From assembly GCA_040876345.1 (NCBI GenBank), contig JBBDPM010000004.1, positions 14,980 to 78,979 on the forward strand: a stretch of 64,000 bases of DNA, read 5' to 3'. Within the stretch, counting starts at the first letter, position 1; each line of letters begins with the position of its first letter. The notes below the pieces were generated by a model. The model searched no databases and was not told where the DNA came from. It saw nothing but the letters and a program-made list of their open reading frames with translations. Of the stretch, positions 18,606 to 30,299 are shown piece by piece. The translations under genes and the position numbers were made by a program. Origin of the DNA: Candidatus Woykebacteria bacterium (lineage in GTDB: Bacteria; Patescibacteriota; Microgenomatia; Woykebacterales; RBG-16-39-9b).

Positions 18606-20162
18606 ATGGCGCACAATACACGTTTATCACTGACCGGATTAATGATTGCTTGTGCTCTCTATGGAGAATCTCTTCGTCCAGTTTTACTTCCCCTTAACAC
18701 AAACAGCCAAATTATTTTTAGTGGTATTGTGATTGCTATTGGTTATGAAATTGGTGTGCTACTTTCGGTGACAGCTCAAAAATTAGGGATTAGGAAGGTC
18801 GCGTTACAAAGAAGCCTTAAATATTTTATCGCCACCTTAGTTGTTTTAGTTGCGGGGTTTCTCTCATGGAGGGCTATGGACGCTCAACAGAGCTTTCGCG
18901 ACTTTTTAGTAATTGCGGCTCCTGCACCAAATTGGGTAGTAGTCTGGCTGGGATCTTTATTAGTAGCGGCATTGTTAGTTCATTTGGGTTTGCTAATACG
19001 AGCTTTTGCCAGGTGGTGTGGGAAAAAAGTGCAAACCTATCTTAACAAAAAATTTACCTACAATTTCACCTGGCTGCTAGTTGCTGGACTAGGGTATCTG
19101 CTGCTTATTTTATTGGTAGTTGTAATGCAAATATTAGTTGATATCAGTTCGCGAGCAAAGCCGAGGGAAACTTACCAGAAAAGCTCTACTTTTCTTAGCG
19201 GAGGCGAAGGGTCACTGATCTCTTGGGAGGGTTTGGGCCAAAACGGTAGGGAGTTTGTTTCTAGGGATATACAAGCTTTGATGCAGTCGATTATTGGGGA
19301 ACTTCCGCTAAAAACGATGAAACCGATCCGAATTTACGCAGGAATCGACAACGAGCCAGATTTGGAAAAGAGAGTAGATCTAGTGATGAGAGAGTTTGAG
19401 AGAACAAGGGCGTTTGAACGTTCGGTTGTGGTGATGTTTACCCCATCAGGTAGCGGTTGGGTAAACCCCGTGGGAGTTGAATCAGTTGAGTTTGTTACCA
19501 GGGGAGATTCCGCCTCGGTTTCATTGCAATATTCAAACAATCAGCCAATCTTGCAATACATAAGAGATCGCGGGATGCCCGCTAGAGCCAGCAATCTTCT
19601 GTTTTCTAAAATTCGTAGTCGTCTTAATCAGGTGCCAGAGGTAGCACGACCGAAGCTTTACGTTTACGGTGAAAGCTTAGGTTCTCTAGGTTCTCAAGAA
19701 ATGTTCCAGAATACCCCCCAAAGGAATCTAGTAAACGAAGTGGATGGCGCACTTTGGGTTGGTTCGCCTGCTTCCGGTCCACTTTGGTCGGCGTTTGGAC
19801 TTGCCGAGTTATACTCTGGTGGAGAAAGCTCTTTGGTTCGTGTCGAGCCTCACTCGAGAGACTTAACTAGCAATTTGAGTTCGTGGGGACCACCACGCTT
19901 GGCATTTCTCTTCAACTCCACCGACCCAATTGTTTGGTCTAACCCACTAGTTATTTATAAGTTCCCAAGATGGTTAAAAGAACCACGCTTTCCGGAAGTA
20001 AGTAAAGAAGCCCGTTGGTTACCATTACTCACCTTTGGACATATGTGGTTTGAACTATTCTCGGCCAAGAATTTACCCAGTGGTATTGGTCATAACTACG
20101 ATCAGGAAATTCCTTGTGCAATTGCAAATGTTGTACAACCTAGAATTGAGGAGATGTGCTAA
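18606..20162 (+). CDS. Membrane alpha/beta-hydrolase family protein (Abhydrolase_9-like)
   Basis: LGQNGREF, PIRIYAG, PSGSGWV, GESLG nucleophile, DPIV, GHNY. Confidence 0.85.
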   Translation: MAHNTRLSLTGLMIACALYGESLRPVLLPLNTNSQIIFSGIVIAIGYEIGVLLSVTAQKLGIRKVALQRSLKYFIATLVVLVAGFLSWRAMDAQQSFRDFLVIAAPAPNWVVVWLGSLLVAALLVHLGLLIRAFARWCGKKVQTYLNKKFTYNFTWLLVAGLGYLLLILLVVVMQILVDISSRAKPRETYQKSSTFLSGGEGSLISWEGLGQNGREFVSRDIQALMQSIIGELPLKTMKPIRIYAGIDNEPDLEKRVDLVMREFERTRAFERSVVVMFTPSGSGWVNPVGVESVEFVTRGDSASVSLQYSNNQPILQYIRDRGMPARASNLLFSKIRSRLNQVPEVARPKLYVYGESLGSLGSQEMFQNTPQRNLVNEVDGALWVGSPASGPLWSAFGLAELYSGGESSLVRVEPHSRDLTSNLSSWGPPRLAFLFNSTDPIVWSNPLVIYKFPRWLKEPRFPEVSKEARWLPLLTFGHMWFELFSAKNLPSGIGHNYDQEIPCAIANVVQPRIEEMC

Positions 20163-20234
20163 ATTTAAGGTGTTTTTTCATATGATTCCTAAAGTAAAAC
20201 TAGAAAGGGACAGCTTACAGTACACAAGAAATTA

Positions 20235-20453
20235 GATGCGAAACATATACAAAGAAACTACAAAAAGATCTTTGATGAAGCCAAAAAGACTAAAGAGCCC
20301 GTGTTTGTCATGAAGAACAATAAACCACAGGTCGCCATCATCGATGCAAAAAAGCTTGAAGAGATGGAAGCTATACTAGCTGTTCTGGAAAGTAGAGAAG
20401 AGGCTAGGGCTGGTAAGACAAAGGTTTTGCGATCTCTCAAAGATCTGTGTTAG
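20235..20453 (+). pseudogene. Phd/YefM-family antitoxin lacking its start
   Basis: IQRNYKKIFDEAKKTKEPVFVMKNNKPQVAII; no start codon back to in-frame stop at 20190. Confidence 0.65.
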
Positions 20454-20690
20454 ATGAAGATCCACTACTCGTCAAAGTTTGCTAGAGAATACAAGAAGTT
20501 ACCAAATAGCGTTAAAGACATTGCTGAAAATAAAGAAGATATTCTTCGTCTTGATCCTTTTAACCCTCGGCTGAAGACTCACAAGTTAAAAGGAGAGTTG
20601 GCAGATTTTTATTCGTTTTCGATCACTTACCAGCTAAGGATAGTTTTTCACTTCGGTTGCTTGTTTTTACCCAATAAAAGTACAATATAA
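20454..20690 (+). pseudogene. RelE/YafQ-family toxin, C-terminally truncated
   Basis: LKTHKLKGEL...YSFSI...RIVF, then unrelated tail lacking the IGTH-type end. Confidence 0.7.
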
Positions 20691-20694
20691 ATAG

Positions 20695-21471
20695 ATGTTT
20701 CCTTTTTCCAAGAAAACCGATTTTGGGTACTTGCGAAAATTCAACCTAATTATGGCTGCCTTGCACGCACTTCAAGGTATCGCCATTTTACTTCTTAGCA
20801 CAGACTTCAAGCTTCCAGTTACCGCTGGATATTTAACCTTTAATGCAGCCACTCAAGCTCTGGAACCGGCTAAAGAAACTTTGTTTGATCTTTCACTTGC
20901 TCCCCTTGTGGCTATCTTTTTCTTTCTTTCAGCTGCGGCTCACTTAACCATTGCCACGCTTTGGAGAAAAGGTTACGAGAATGATTTATCCAAAGGGATG
21001 AACAGAGCCCGTTGGTTTGAATACGCGCTATCAGCAAGTGTGATGATGGTGGCTATTGCTCTTTTAGTTGGAATCTACGAGGTTACCCAGCTGATCATGA
21101 TCTTTGCTTTGGTTGCTTTTATGAACCTGATGGGACTCTTGATGGAAGTATATAACCAAACTACCCAAAAGACTAATTGGCTCTCATTTATAATCGGCAG
21201 TTTTGCCGGGATTGTACCCTGGTTGGTCGTTGGCCTTTACTTCTGGGCCGCAGCGGCCTTTGGAGAAGGAGAGGTACCTACCTTTGTTTACTGGATTTAC
21301 GTATCAATCCTTATTTTCTTCAATTGCTTCGCAATAAATATGTACCTGCAATACAAGAAAGTTGGAAAATGGAGGGACTATATTTTTGGTGAAAAATCTT
21401 ATATAGTTCTGAGCCTGGTTGCAAAATCCGCTCTTGCTTGGCAAGTATTCGCTGGGACACTCCGACCGTAA
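20695..21471 (+). CDS. Heliorhodopsin
   Basis: LHALQ (TM1), SAAAH (TM2), RWFEY (TM3), GEKSY and retinal-binding SLVAK (TM7). Confidence 0.93.
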   Translation: MFPFSKKTDFGYLRKFNLIMAALHALQGIAILLLSTDFKLPVTAGYLTFNAATQALEPAKETLFDLSLAPLVAIFFFLSAAAHLTIATLWRKGYENDLSKGMNRARWFEYALSASVMMVAIALLVGIYEVTQLIMIFALVAFMNLMGLLMEVYNQTTQKTNWLSFIIGSFAGIVPWLVVGLYFWAAAAFGEGEVPTFVYWIYVSILIFFNCFAINMYLQYKKVGKWRDYIFGEKSYIVLSLVAKSALAWQVFAGTLRP

Positions 21472-21493
21472 AACTTGATATACTTAAAATACT

Positions 21494-22303
21494 ATGGATA
21501 AAACACCTGTAAATAAGCTATTAGATCTTTCCTCCAAGACTGCTGTGGTTACCGGTGCAGGTGTAGGAATTGGATTTGGGATAGCCAGCCGATTGGCTGA
21601 GGCTGGGGCAAACGTGGTAGTAGCTGATCTAAGTGAGGAGAGAGCTTCTGAGGCAGCAAGAAAGCTATCTGGTAACGGTTTTAAGGCGACAGCAATAGCA
21701 GTCGATGTTTCAAAAGAGGAAGATGTTCAGAAAATGGCAGATGAGTCTATAAAGCAGTTTGGCGGGATAGACATATTAGTAAACAACGCTGGTATTTACC
21801 CAAACATTTTAGTAATGAATATGACCCAGGAAGATTTTGATAAACTAATCGCTGTGAACCTGAGAAGTGTGTTCCTATGCACCAAAAAAGTCGCTGAGAA
21901 GATGATTGGCCAAGGAAAAGGTGGGAGAGTCATCAACATTACCTCCATTGACGCTCTTCACCCCTCGTCTGCCGGTCTTGCTCACTATGATGCTTCTAAA
22001 CACGGGGTTTGGGGTTTCACCAAGAACGTTGCGTTGGAACTGGCTCCACACAAAATCTGGGTAAACGCAGTGGCTCCAGGAGGCATTGCTACCCCGGGCG
22101 TGGAAGAAGTTCAGAAAAAGATGGAACTTCCCAAAGGAGTGGATATGAGTAAGCTCCTTGAAGCTTTTATGGCAAAAATCCCAATTAAGAGGATGGGAGA
22201 TCCAGATGACATTGGCAAAGCCGTACTCTTCTTGGCTTCAGATATGTCCTCCTATATGACTGGTTCCCAAATTGTGGTTGATGGCGGAGTTCTTCTTTCT
22301 TAA
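21494..22303 (+). CDS. SDR family oxidoreductase
   Basis: TGAGVGIG, NNAG, YDASK, PGGIAT. Confidence 0.93.
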   Translation: MDKTPVNKLLDLSSKTAVVTGAGVGIGFGIASRLAEAGANVVVADLSEERASEAARKLSGNGFKATAIAVDVSKEEDVQKMADESIKQFGGIDILVNNAGIYPNILVMNMTQEDFDKLIAVNLRSVFLCTKKVAEKMIGQGKGGRVINITSIDALHPSSAGLAHYDASKHGVWGFTKNVALELAPHKIWVNAVAPGGIATPGVEEVQKKMELPKGVDMSKLLEAFMAKIPIKRMGDPDDIGKAVLFLASDMSSYMTGSQIVVDGGVLLS

Positions 22304-22310
22304 ACCTTAA

Positions 22311-22443
22311 TTTTAGACATTCACTTTTTATACTGTCTCATTTGTCTCACTTCGGTATCCTCGGTGTAAACACTTCGACTTCACTCAGTACAAGCATTTA
22401 GCCTCTAAGCGATTGAACTGACCGAGACCCCAATGCTTCACCA
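22311..22443. repeat. Junction element copy 2 (ends in TCACCA), interrupted by two short REP-like units
   Basis: Homologous to 16563-16795; insert 22350-22394 contains CTTCGGTATCCTCGGTG and CTTCGACTTCACTCAGTAC units. Confidence 0.85.
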
Positions 22444-22524
22444 AATTTGTTTTTGAGCCTCGCGGCTTCGCAATTATATTGATAGTGCATTGCTATTTGC
22501 CAACTAATGTTCTAATATAAATAC

Positions 22525-22776
22525 ATGGCTATATACATTGCAAACGAGGCTCATGAGGAAGGCGAACATGAAAATAAAGTAAAGGAAGTAGAAAGTTTTC
22601 GATCACCATTGAAGGAGGTAACTTTTTACGCCAGCTGTTCTACTGGTGGTCCACACCGCTCTTTTATCATAGTTCACGCCGACTCATTGGACGAGGCAAA
22701 ATCTGGTGTCCCTGAAGGTTTTAGAGAAAATTTAGTTGAAGTCGAAGAAATGGACTGGGGTCCAGCACCAGAGTAG
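22525..22776 (+). CDS. Hypothetical protein
   Basis: 83-aa ORF behind a -10-like box; HEEGEH and C..GGPH motifs. Confidence 0.65.
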   Translation: MAIYIANEAHEEGEHENKVKEVESFRSPLKEVTFYASCSTGGPHRSFIIVHADSLDEAKSGVPEGFRENLVEVEEMDWGPAPE

Positions 22777-22777
22777 T

Positions 22778-23299
22778 TTATCCTTTTTCAAGCCATTCAA
22801 AAAATTCAGTTTCGTAGCCAATAATTGTCCACTTATAATTCTTTTTAGTGAGTAATGTATCTTTTACCTCCGAGATTGGTAACAATTTAAGTTCCTCCAC
22901 CTCGTCTTTATCAAATTTAATTTTTGAAATGTCCCCGTACCAAAGTATTTTAAAAATAGATTGAAATTCTTTATGATCCCTATCTTTGAATATTTTAAAA
23001 AGTGTAAGGTCCTTTTTCCTAACGCTAAGGCCAAGTTCTTCATTAACTTCTTGAACAGCTGACTCCAAATATTCTTGGTTGGGTTTTAGATGCCCTCCGA
23101 AAAAAGGCTCCCAAAATCCGGGGTTACTATCTTTCTTCAGGGATCTTTTTTGACAAAGGATTTCGTCGCGGGAGTTTATTATCCAAACGTGCGAATTACG
23201 ATGCCATAAGCCTTTGGAATGAGCCTCATCTCTTGGTCTTGACTCAATGGGATTATTATTTTCATCCACGACAAATATCTCTTCTTTTTTGTTTAACAC
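22778..23299 (-). CDS. NUDIX hydrolase (IDI-like)
   Basis: GLWHR, QKRS, GGH...SAVQEVNEELG. Confidence 0.88.
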   Translation of the reverse strand: MLNKKEEIFVVDENNNPIESRPRDEAHSKGLWHRNSHVWIINSRDEILCQKRSLKKDSNPGFWEPFFGGHLKPNQEYLESAVQEVNEELGLSVRKKDLTLFKIFKDRDHKEFQSIFKILWYGDISKIKFDKDEVEELKLLPISEVKDTLLTKKNYKWTIIGYETEFFEWLEKG

Positions 23300-23346
23300 T
23301 AAATTTATTCTACAGCACCCAAGGTATTTTTGATATAATCAGCCTC

Positions 23347-23805
23347 ATGGAAAAAGAAAAAAGAAAAGTGAGCCGAATCTGCCTTTGTTCAAGCGCCTCC
23401 TTCTTTAAAGAAGTGTTAGAGATAGAAAAAGAACTTAAGAAAATGGGTTTTAGTGTTTCGGTGCCCCTCACCTCCAAAAAAATGGAGAAATCAGGCAATT
23501 TTGACGTTTCGCACTACAAAAATTGGTATAAAGATAAAAGTGAATATAGAAGAAAAGCGTACTTGATGAGGAACCATTTTGAAAAAATAGAGAAGAGTGA
23601 CGCTATTTTAGTCGTTAATTTAAAAAAGAATGGTTTGGACGGTTACATTGGTGGTAACGGGTTAATAGAGATGGCTTTGGCTTTTTGGCTTAAGAAAAAG
23701 ATATTTGTTTTAAACAAAGTCTCCGAGAAATCGTCGTTGTATGAAGAAATACTAGGAGTTCAACCTATCTTTCTAGATGCTGATTTAAACAGGCTTAGAG
23801 TCTAG
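23347..23805 (+). CDS. Nucleoside 2-deoxyribosyltransferase-like protein
   Basis: HFEKIEKSDAILVVN...GYIG...IEMALA. Confidence 0.7.
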   Translation: MEKEKRKVSRICLCSSASFFKEVLEIEKELKKMGFSVSVPLTSKKMEKSGNFDVSHYKNWYKDKSEYRRKAYLMRNHFEKIEKSDAILVVNLKKNGLDGYIGGNGLIEMALAFWLKKKIFVLNKVSEKSSLYEEILGVQPIFLDADLNRLRV

Positions 23806-24236
23806 GCCGATGTCTCTGCTTTTGGAGTAGTGCGAGGGTAATGGTGCCGTTTCACTCTTAGTCTAGCTAAAGACTTCTCTAGAGCAGCCGCTACAGCTGC
23901 ATATTCTTCGCTAGATAGTCTTTCTTTATCTTTCAGAGCTTCTTCAGCTCGTTTTCTTGCTTCCTCTGCTTCCTTTTCGGAGATTTCAGCCGCTCCTTCA
24001 GCAAGATCAGTCAAAACAGAAACGTTTTTAGCAGAAATTTCGGCAAAGCCGAAGCCAACGGCTAAATGCGAGTCTTTACCTTTTTGAACTGCGATAAGCT
24101 CTCCCGGGGAGATTTGGGTTACTAGAGAGGTATGCCCTGGTAAAACGGTGATTTGTCCTGTAGTTGTTGGTAGGGACACTTGGTCCACCTCACCTTCAAA
24201 AGTTTTTTTCTCTGGAGTTGCGATGGTTAATTGCAT
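23802..24236 (-). CDS. atpC: ATP synthase epsilon
   Basis: TPEK, GQITVLPGH; operon position. Confidence 0.95.
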   Translation of the reverse strand: MQLTIATPEKKTFEGEVDQVSLPTTTGQITVLPGHTSLVTQISPGELIAVQKGKDSHLAVGFGFAEISAKNVSVLTDLAEGAAEISEKEAEEARKRAEEALKDKERLSSEEYAAVAAALEKSLARLRVKRHHYPRTTPKAETSA

Positions 24237-24240
24237 GGTA

Positions 24241-25611
<1,371 letters not shown>

Positions 25612-26469
25612 TCACTCCATTGCAATTTGGGCAGTGGTTATGTCCAAAATTTCACTGGTTATTGCCCCCTGACGAATACCATTGTAAGTGAGTGTTAAAT
25701 CATCAACTAGGTCCAAGGCGTTATCAGTTGCATTTTTCATGGCAACCATTCTGGAGGAGTGCTCTGAGGCCTTCGCTTCGAGAAGTATTTGGTAGAGCTC
25801 CATTAAAACGTAATGTGGTAAAATTGTCGCCAAAACTTCATCCGCATTTGGCTCAAACAAAGGCTCGGATATTTCTTCTTCGAATTCAATAATTAATTCT
25901 TCTAGAATCTTCCCATCTAGAATCGGAAGAAGTTGCCGTACTCTAGGTTCTTGCCTTAAAGTAGAGATAAACTCACTATAAAGCACGTGTACTTGGTCAA
26001 ACTCGCCATTCAGAAAACCCTCAAGTACAAGTTTGTAGATAGATCGTATATCCGCAAGGGTCGGTTTTTCCGGTAGAGGGAAATCGGCTAATAAGTCTTT
26101 ACCGGACTTCACTACATAATTTCTTGCTTTTTTACCGATTGAGATAAACTTTAGTTCGCCCACCAGACTAGAAAGCTCTTTAAAAAGATTGCTGTTCAGG
26201 GCACCAGCAAGCCCGCGGTCAGTGGAGAAAAAGATAATGGCAGAGTTTTTACCCTCGACCTTAGAGAGTAGGGGGTGCAGTTCAGGGTTGATTTTGCTAG
26301 CAATTCTTCGTAGCACTCGGTTTACTAGATCTGAGTAAGGTTTTCCAGAGAGGGCTGCATCCTGGGCTTTTTTCATTTTTGCAGCGGACACAAGTTCCAT
26401 GGCATGGGTGATTTTAGCGGTGTTATTTATAGATTTTATTCTCTTGCGTATCTCCTTAGTATTACTCAT
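25612..26469 (-). CDS. atpG: ATP synthase gamma
   Basis: [28 protein letters not shown]. Confidence 0.97.
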   Translation of the reverse strand: MSNTKEIRKRIKSINNTAKITHAMELVSAAKMKKAQDAALSGKPYSDLVNRVLRRIASKINPELHPLLSKVEGKNSAIIFFSTDRGLAGALNSNLFKELSSLVGELKFISIGKKARNYVVKSGKDLLADFPLPEKPTLADIRSIYKLVLEGFLNGEFDQVHVLYSEFISTLRQEPRVRQLLPILDGKILEELIIEFEEEISEPLFEPNADEVLATILPHYVLMELYQILLEAKASEHSSRMVAMKNATDNALDLVDDLTLTYNGIRQGAITSEILDITTAQIAME

Positions 26470-27967
26470 GTTTGAAGCCTTTTTTAAATTCCCCGACTGC
26501 TTCCTCTAGTTCTTTTTCGAGTTTGTCGGAGAGGAATTTCTCCTTCATAATTGCTTCCGACAGTTTAGAGCGCCGTGCCGACATAAAATCTAGAAACTTT
26601 TTCTCAAACTCAGAGATTTTTTCAACTGAAATATCATCCAAATGGCCTTTGGTAGAGGCCCAAATAAGGGCGATTTGTCTTTCCACGGAGATGGGTTCGT
26701 ATTGAGGTTGCTTGAGTATCTCCAATAAGCGTTTGCCTCGCTCAAGTCGCTTTTGAGTTGACTCGTCCAAATCGGATCCAAATTGAGCGAAGGAGGCAAG
26801 CTCTCGGTATTGGGCAAGGTCAAGCCGCAAAGATCCCGCCACTTGTTTCATCGCTTTTATTTGGGCTGCTCCTCCAACCCGAGAAACGGAAAGCCCAACA
26901 TTAATTGCCGGCCGAGTCCCTGCGTAAAAAAGGTCCCCCTCAAGATAGATTTGTCCATCTGTTATTGATATGACATTAGTTGGTACATATGCGGAAACGT
27001 CTCCCGCCTGAGTTTCTATTATTGGTAGTGCTGTAAGGGAACCGCCGCCGTAATTTTTATTTAATTTGGCAGCCCGTTCCAAAAGCCTGGAATGAAGGTA
27101 AAATACATCTCCTGGGTATGCTTCACGCCCGGAAGGACGCCGCATTAATAGAGAAAGCTGACGATAGGCCCAGGCGTGTTTTGATAAGTCATCGTAAATT
27201 ACTAGAGCGTCCTTGCCTTGGTCCATAAAATATTCGCCGATAGCACATCCTGTGTACGGGGCAAGATACTGCATAGCAGCAGAATCCGCGGCCGAGGCTG
27301 ACACTACAATTGTATGGTCAAGCGCGTCGTTTTTTTCGAGTGTATCCACTATCTGGGCAACTTTCGATGTTTTTTGGCCAACTGCAACATAAATACAAAC
27401 AACCCCGGCATCTTTTTGGTTTATAATTGTGTCCAAAGTTATGGCTGTTTTTCCTAGGCCTCTGTCCCCAATTATAAGTTCTCGTTGCCCTCGGCCAATT
27501 GGGATCATACTGTCAACTGCTTTAATACCAGTCTGCAGGGGAGTGTTTACTGGCTCTCGTGTAATTACTCCTGGAGCTATCTTTTCTACCGGGTACATTT
27601 TTGTAGTTTTAATTGGTCCCTTACCATCAAGCGGCTCTCCCAAAGCATTTACTACCCTTCCCGGCAAAGCTTCACCAACTGGGACCTGGAGGATCCGGCC
27701 AGTAGTGGAGACCTCGTCACCCTCCTTTAGAAGAGTGTAGTCACCAAAAATAACAATACCGACACTCGTCTCTTCTAAGTTTAAAGCTAGGCCCTTAAGA
27801 TTGTTAGGCAATTCCACTAGTTCGTTGAAGGCTACATTTGAAAGCCCATCTACTTTGGCAACACCATCGTAAACCTCAGTAATAACCCCCACGTTTTTTG
27901 CCTCTTGGCTAGTTTTCAAATTTGCTATTTCTCTTTTGATTTCGTCTACTAAATTAGCCACGGGCAA
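26462..27967 (-). CDS. atpA: ATP synthase alpha
   Basis: [27 protein letters not shown]. Confidence 0.98.
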   Translation of the reverse strand: MPVANLVDEIKREIANLKTSQEAKNVGVITEVYDGVAKVDGLSNVAFNELVELPNNLKGLALNLEETSVGIVIFGDYTLLKEGDEVSTTGRILQVPVGEALPGRVVNALGEPLDGKGPIKTTKMYPVEKIAPGVITREPVNTPLQTGIKAVDSMIPIGRGQRELIIGDRGLGKTAITLDTIINQKDAGVVCIYVAVGQKTSKVAQIVDTLEKNDALDHTIVVSASAADSAAMQYLAPYTGCAIGEYFMDQGKDALVIYDDLSKHAWAYRQLSLLMRRPSGREAYPGDVFYLHSRLLERAAKLNKNYGGGSLTALPIIETQAGDVSAYVPTNVISITDGQIYLEGDLFYAGTRPAINVGLSVSRVGGAAQIKAMKQVAGSLRLDLAQYRELASFAQFGSDLDESTQKRLERGKRLLEILKQPQYEPISVERQIALIWASTKGHLDDISVEKISEFEKKFLDFMSARRSKLSEAIMKEKFLSDKLEKELEEAVGEFKKGFKHE

Positions 27968-28352
27968 TCTCCTTAAAGGCAGATAGAGTTTGATTTATAG
28001 AATAGTCCCAGACGTTGTCGCCGAGCTTTACTTTCAAACCACCAACTAGAGACGGATTTTCCCTAAATTCAATTTCCAGACTTTTGCTTTCCCTTTTCTC
28101 AAAAATCTCCCTAATCTTAATTAAACTTTTTTCATCAATAACTTTGGAAGACTGGGTAAAAATTGTTTTTTGCCTGTAAAAAGAGCTAACAAAAGCCAAA
28201 AGTGATTTAAGGAGGCCGATACTTTTCCTTGGACTTAAGTTTTTGATTTTTTTAATCCAGCTAGAGATTTTTGCCTCGTCCAATTCCCCATCGGCAATAT
28301 TTGATAGGAATATGTACTTTGCGATTTTAATGTCTTTCTTAGCTAATTTCAT
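27954..28352 (-). CDS. atpH: ATP synthase delta (short form)
   Basis: [21 protein letters not shown]; operon position. Confidence 0.85.
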   Translation of the reverse strand: MKLAKKDIKIAKYIFLSNIADGELDEAKISSWIKKIKNLSPRKSIGLLKSLLAFVSSFYRQKTIFTQSSKVIDEKSLIKIREIFEKRESKSLEIEFRENPSLVGGLKVKLGDNVWDYSINQTLSAFKEIARG

Positions 28353-28846
28353 GATTCTAGTTCCTTAATTGACTTTTGCACTAGCTCCTGATTGTCCTTG
28401 GAAGTTAGGCTCTTTTCCAAAACTTTTTTGGTGGTTTCAGCTACCAAGTCGGCCATCTCTGCCTTTACTTGGGAGATCATCTTCTCCCTTTCAAGAGTGG
28501 CTGCCTCTTTCGCCTTAGTTAAAGTTTCTTCGACTTTCTTGGCAGTTTCAGTTAAAGTTTCTTCTTGAAGTTTTTTAGCAGCCCCCTTAGTTTCTTCGAT
28601 TATTCTTGAGGCGCTAGATTCGGCAGAGGAAATTATTTCTTTTTGCCTCATCTCTGTTTCCTCAAGCCTCTTTTGAATTTCCTCGGCTTGTTTTACACTA
28701 GTTTCAATCTTTTGCTTTCTTTCTGCCAATACCTTCATTATCGGTTTGTAGAAAAACCGTTTCAGAATCAATAGCAAAATTAAAAAATTTACTATTTGAG
28801 CTAGTAGTAAGAGGGGATTTACCCCAAAATCTTTAAGAAATTCCAT
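28349..28846 (-). CDS. atpF: ATP synthase b
   Basis: AQIVNFLIL TM plus coiled coil. Confidence 0.95.
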   Translation of the reverse strand: MEFLKDFGVNPLLLLAQIVNFLILLLILKRFFYKPIMKVLAERKQKIETSVKQAEEIQKRLEETEMRQKEIISSAESSASRIIEETKGAAKKLQEETLTETAKKVEETLTKAKEAATLEREKMISQVKAEMADLVAETTKKVLEKSLTSKDNQELVQKSIKELES

Positions 28847-28851
28847 TTAGT

Positions 28852-29058
28852 CTATCCTCTAAAAGCCAAAACTAACGCGTAAATTGCAATTGCCTCGGCA
28901 AACGCCATTCCCAAAAGCATCGCTGGTAAAACTTTAGCCTGAGCTTCAGGGTTTCGACCAATCGCTTCCATAGCCTTGGCGCCAATCAAACCAATACCAA
29001 TTGCCGGTGCAATACCACCGATTGCTATAATCAGACCACCGCTTACAGAAAACTCCAT
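28852..29058 (-). CDS. atpE: ATP synthase c (H+-type)
   Basis: GRNPE loop; FAEAIAIY (EA, not the Na+-type ES/ET). Confidence 0.95.
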   Translation of the reverse strand: MEFSVSGGLIIAIGGIAPAIGIGLIGAKAMEAIGRNPEAQAKVLPAMLLGMAFAEAIAIYALVLAFRG

Positions 29059-29096
29059 TTAGCCACCTCCTCTCCGGTTGATAAGCTGACTGCAAA

Positions 29097-29834
29097 TTAA
29101 TGAACAGCTTGCTTATCGGTAAGAATAACCATAAATACTAATGTTAACATCATAAATATTGCTGCCTGAACAAACCCGACTATTATTTCCAAAAACATAA
29201 AGGGCAAGGGAAGAATAAAAGCCGCCATTGACGATATCGTCAAGAGCAGAGCTTCTCCCGCAAATACATTACCAAAGAGCCGGAACGAAAGCGATAGTAT
29301 TTTAGTAAATTCAGCGACAATTTCTAAGAGCCCAACGAATAAGTTTACCGGGTTCAAACTGATATAGCGTCCTAGATATTTGAAGATTCCTAGGGTGGAT
29401 ATTGAATAATAATGAGTGATTGATACTGATATCAGAGCGAGGGCTAGAGTCACATTTAAGTCGCTATTTATCGAGCGTAGTAGCGGAATTAAAGTTTTCT
29501 CTTCACCATGGTGCTCAAAAAAACCCACTGTCGAAAATCCAGGCAAAAGACCTAGGTAATTTGCGACTATTATATAGATAAAAAACGTGGCGACAAAAGG
29601 TAAAAACTTCTTTGCTCTTTTTTCATCAGCTAGACTAAGAGTAAGATTGTATATTGTGTCGATTACTACTTCAGCAATAGATTGAGCCAGACTGGGCACC
29701 AAAGAAACTTTTCGTGTCGCAATAAATGCCAGAGTGACTACCACAACCATTGTCAACCAGGTTGTGATTAAAGTATTGGTGATGGGAAAATTTCCCACCG
29801 TAAAGATTTTTTCGGCAAATAAAGTAACTTCCAT
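29097..29834 (-). CDS. atpB: ATP synthase a
   Basis: SLSFRLFGNVFAGE. Confidence 0.96.
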   Translation of the reverse strand: MEVTLFAEKIFTVGNFPITNTLITTWLTMVVVVTLAFIATRKVSLVPSLAQSIAEVVIDTIYNLTLSLADEKRAKKFLPFVATFFIYIIVANYLGLLPGFSTVGFFEHHGEEKTLIPLLRSINSDLNVTLALALISVSITHYYSISTLGIFKYLGRYISLNPVNLFVGLLEIVAEFTKILSLSFRLFGNVFAGEALLLTISSMAAFILPLPFMFLEIIVGFVQAAIFMMLTLVFMVILTDKQAVH

Positions 29835-29835
29835 T

Positions 29836-30204
29836 TTAGCTAGGTTTTCTAACCCCGGAGAAGGTGGCCATAAAAGTTTCTACGAATACGTCCGGATATC
29901 TTTCTCTGATTGTATCCTTTGCTTTTTGGAGGTTTTCCCGATGTCTTTCTAATGAGTTATCAGGTCCGTAGGCACCGCAATCTTCGTGATCAAAAATATA
30001 AACTGCTTCAGGCTGGTGAAGTTTAAAAGATATGTCAATACTACCCTCAATTTTATCAAAATTGAGCGAAGATCCCGGCACGGTAACTAAATCGTACTTA
30101 CCTTCCAACTTTTCATCTTGGGTAAGATAGTCTCTAACCTGGCTAATGAATCTGAAATCAATACAGGTGATAGCTAACGCCTCACAATTTTGGCTCTGTG
30201 ACAT
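29836..30204 (-). CDS. Beta-carbonic anhydrase-like protein
   Basis: Zn ligands CIDFR and HEDCG. Confidence 0.8.
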   Translation of the reverse strand: MSQSQNCEALAITCIDFRFISQVRDYLTQDEKLEGKYDLVTVPGSSLNFDKIEGSIDISFKLHQPEAVYIFDHEDCGAYGPDNSLERHRENLQKAKDTIRERYPDVFVETFMATFSGVRKPS

Positions 30205-30299
30205 AACGGAGTATCATAGCAAAAGTGATCTAAGCCTGCAAGGGTTTTTTGATATTGAAAAACCCTTGCCAAGAGCGCTATGATAGATATACACCCTTA

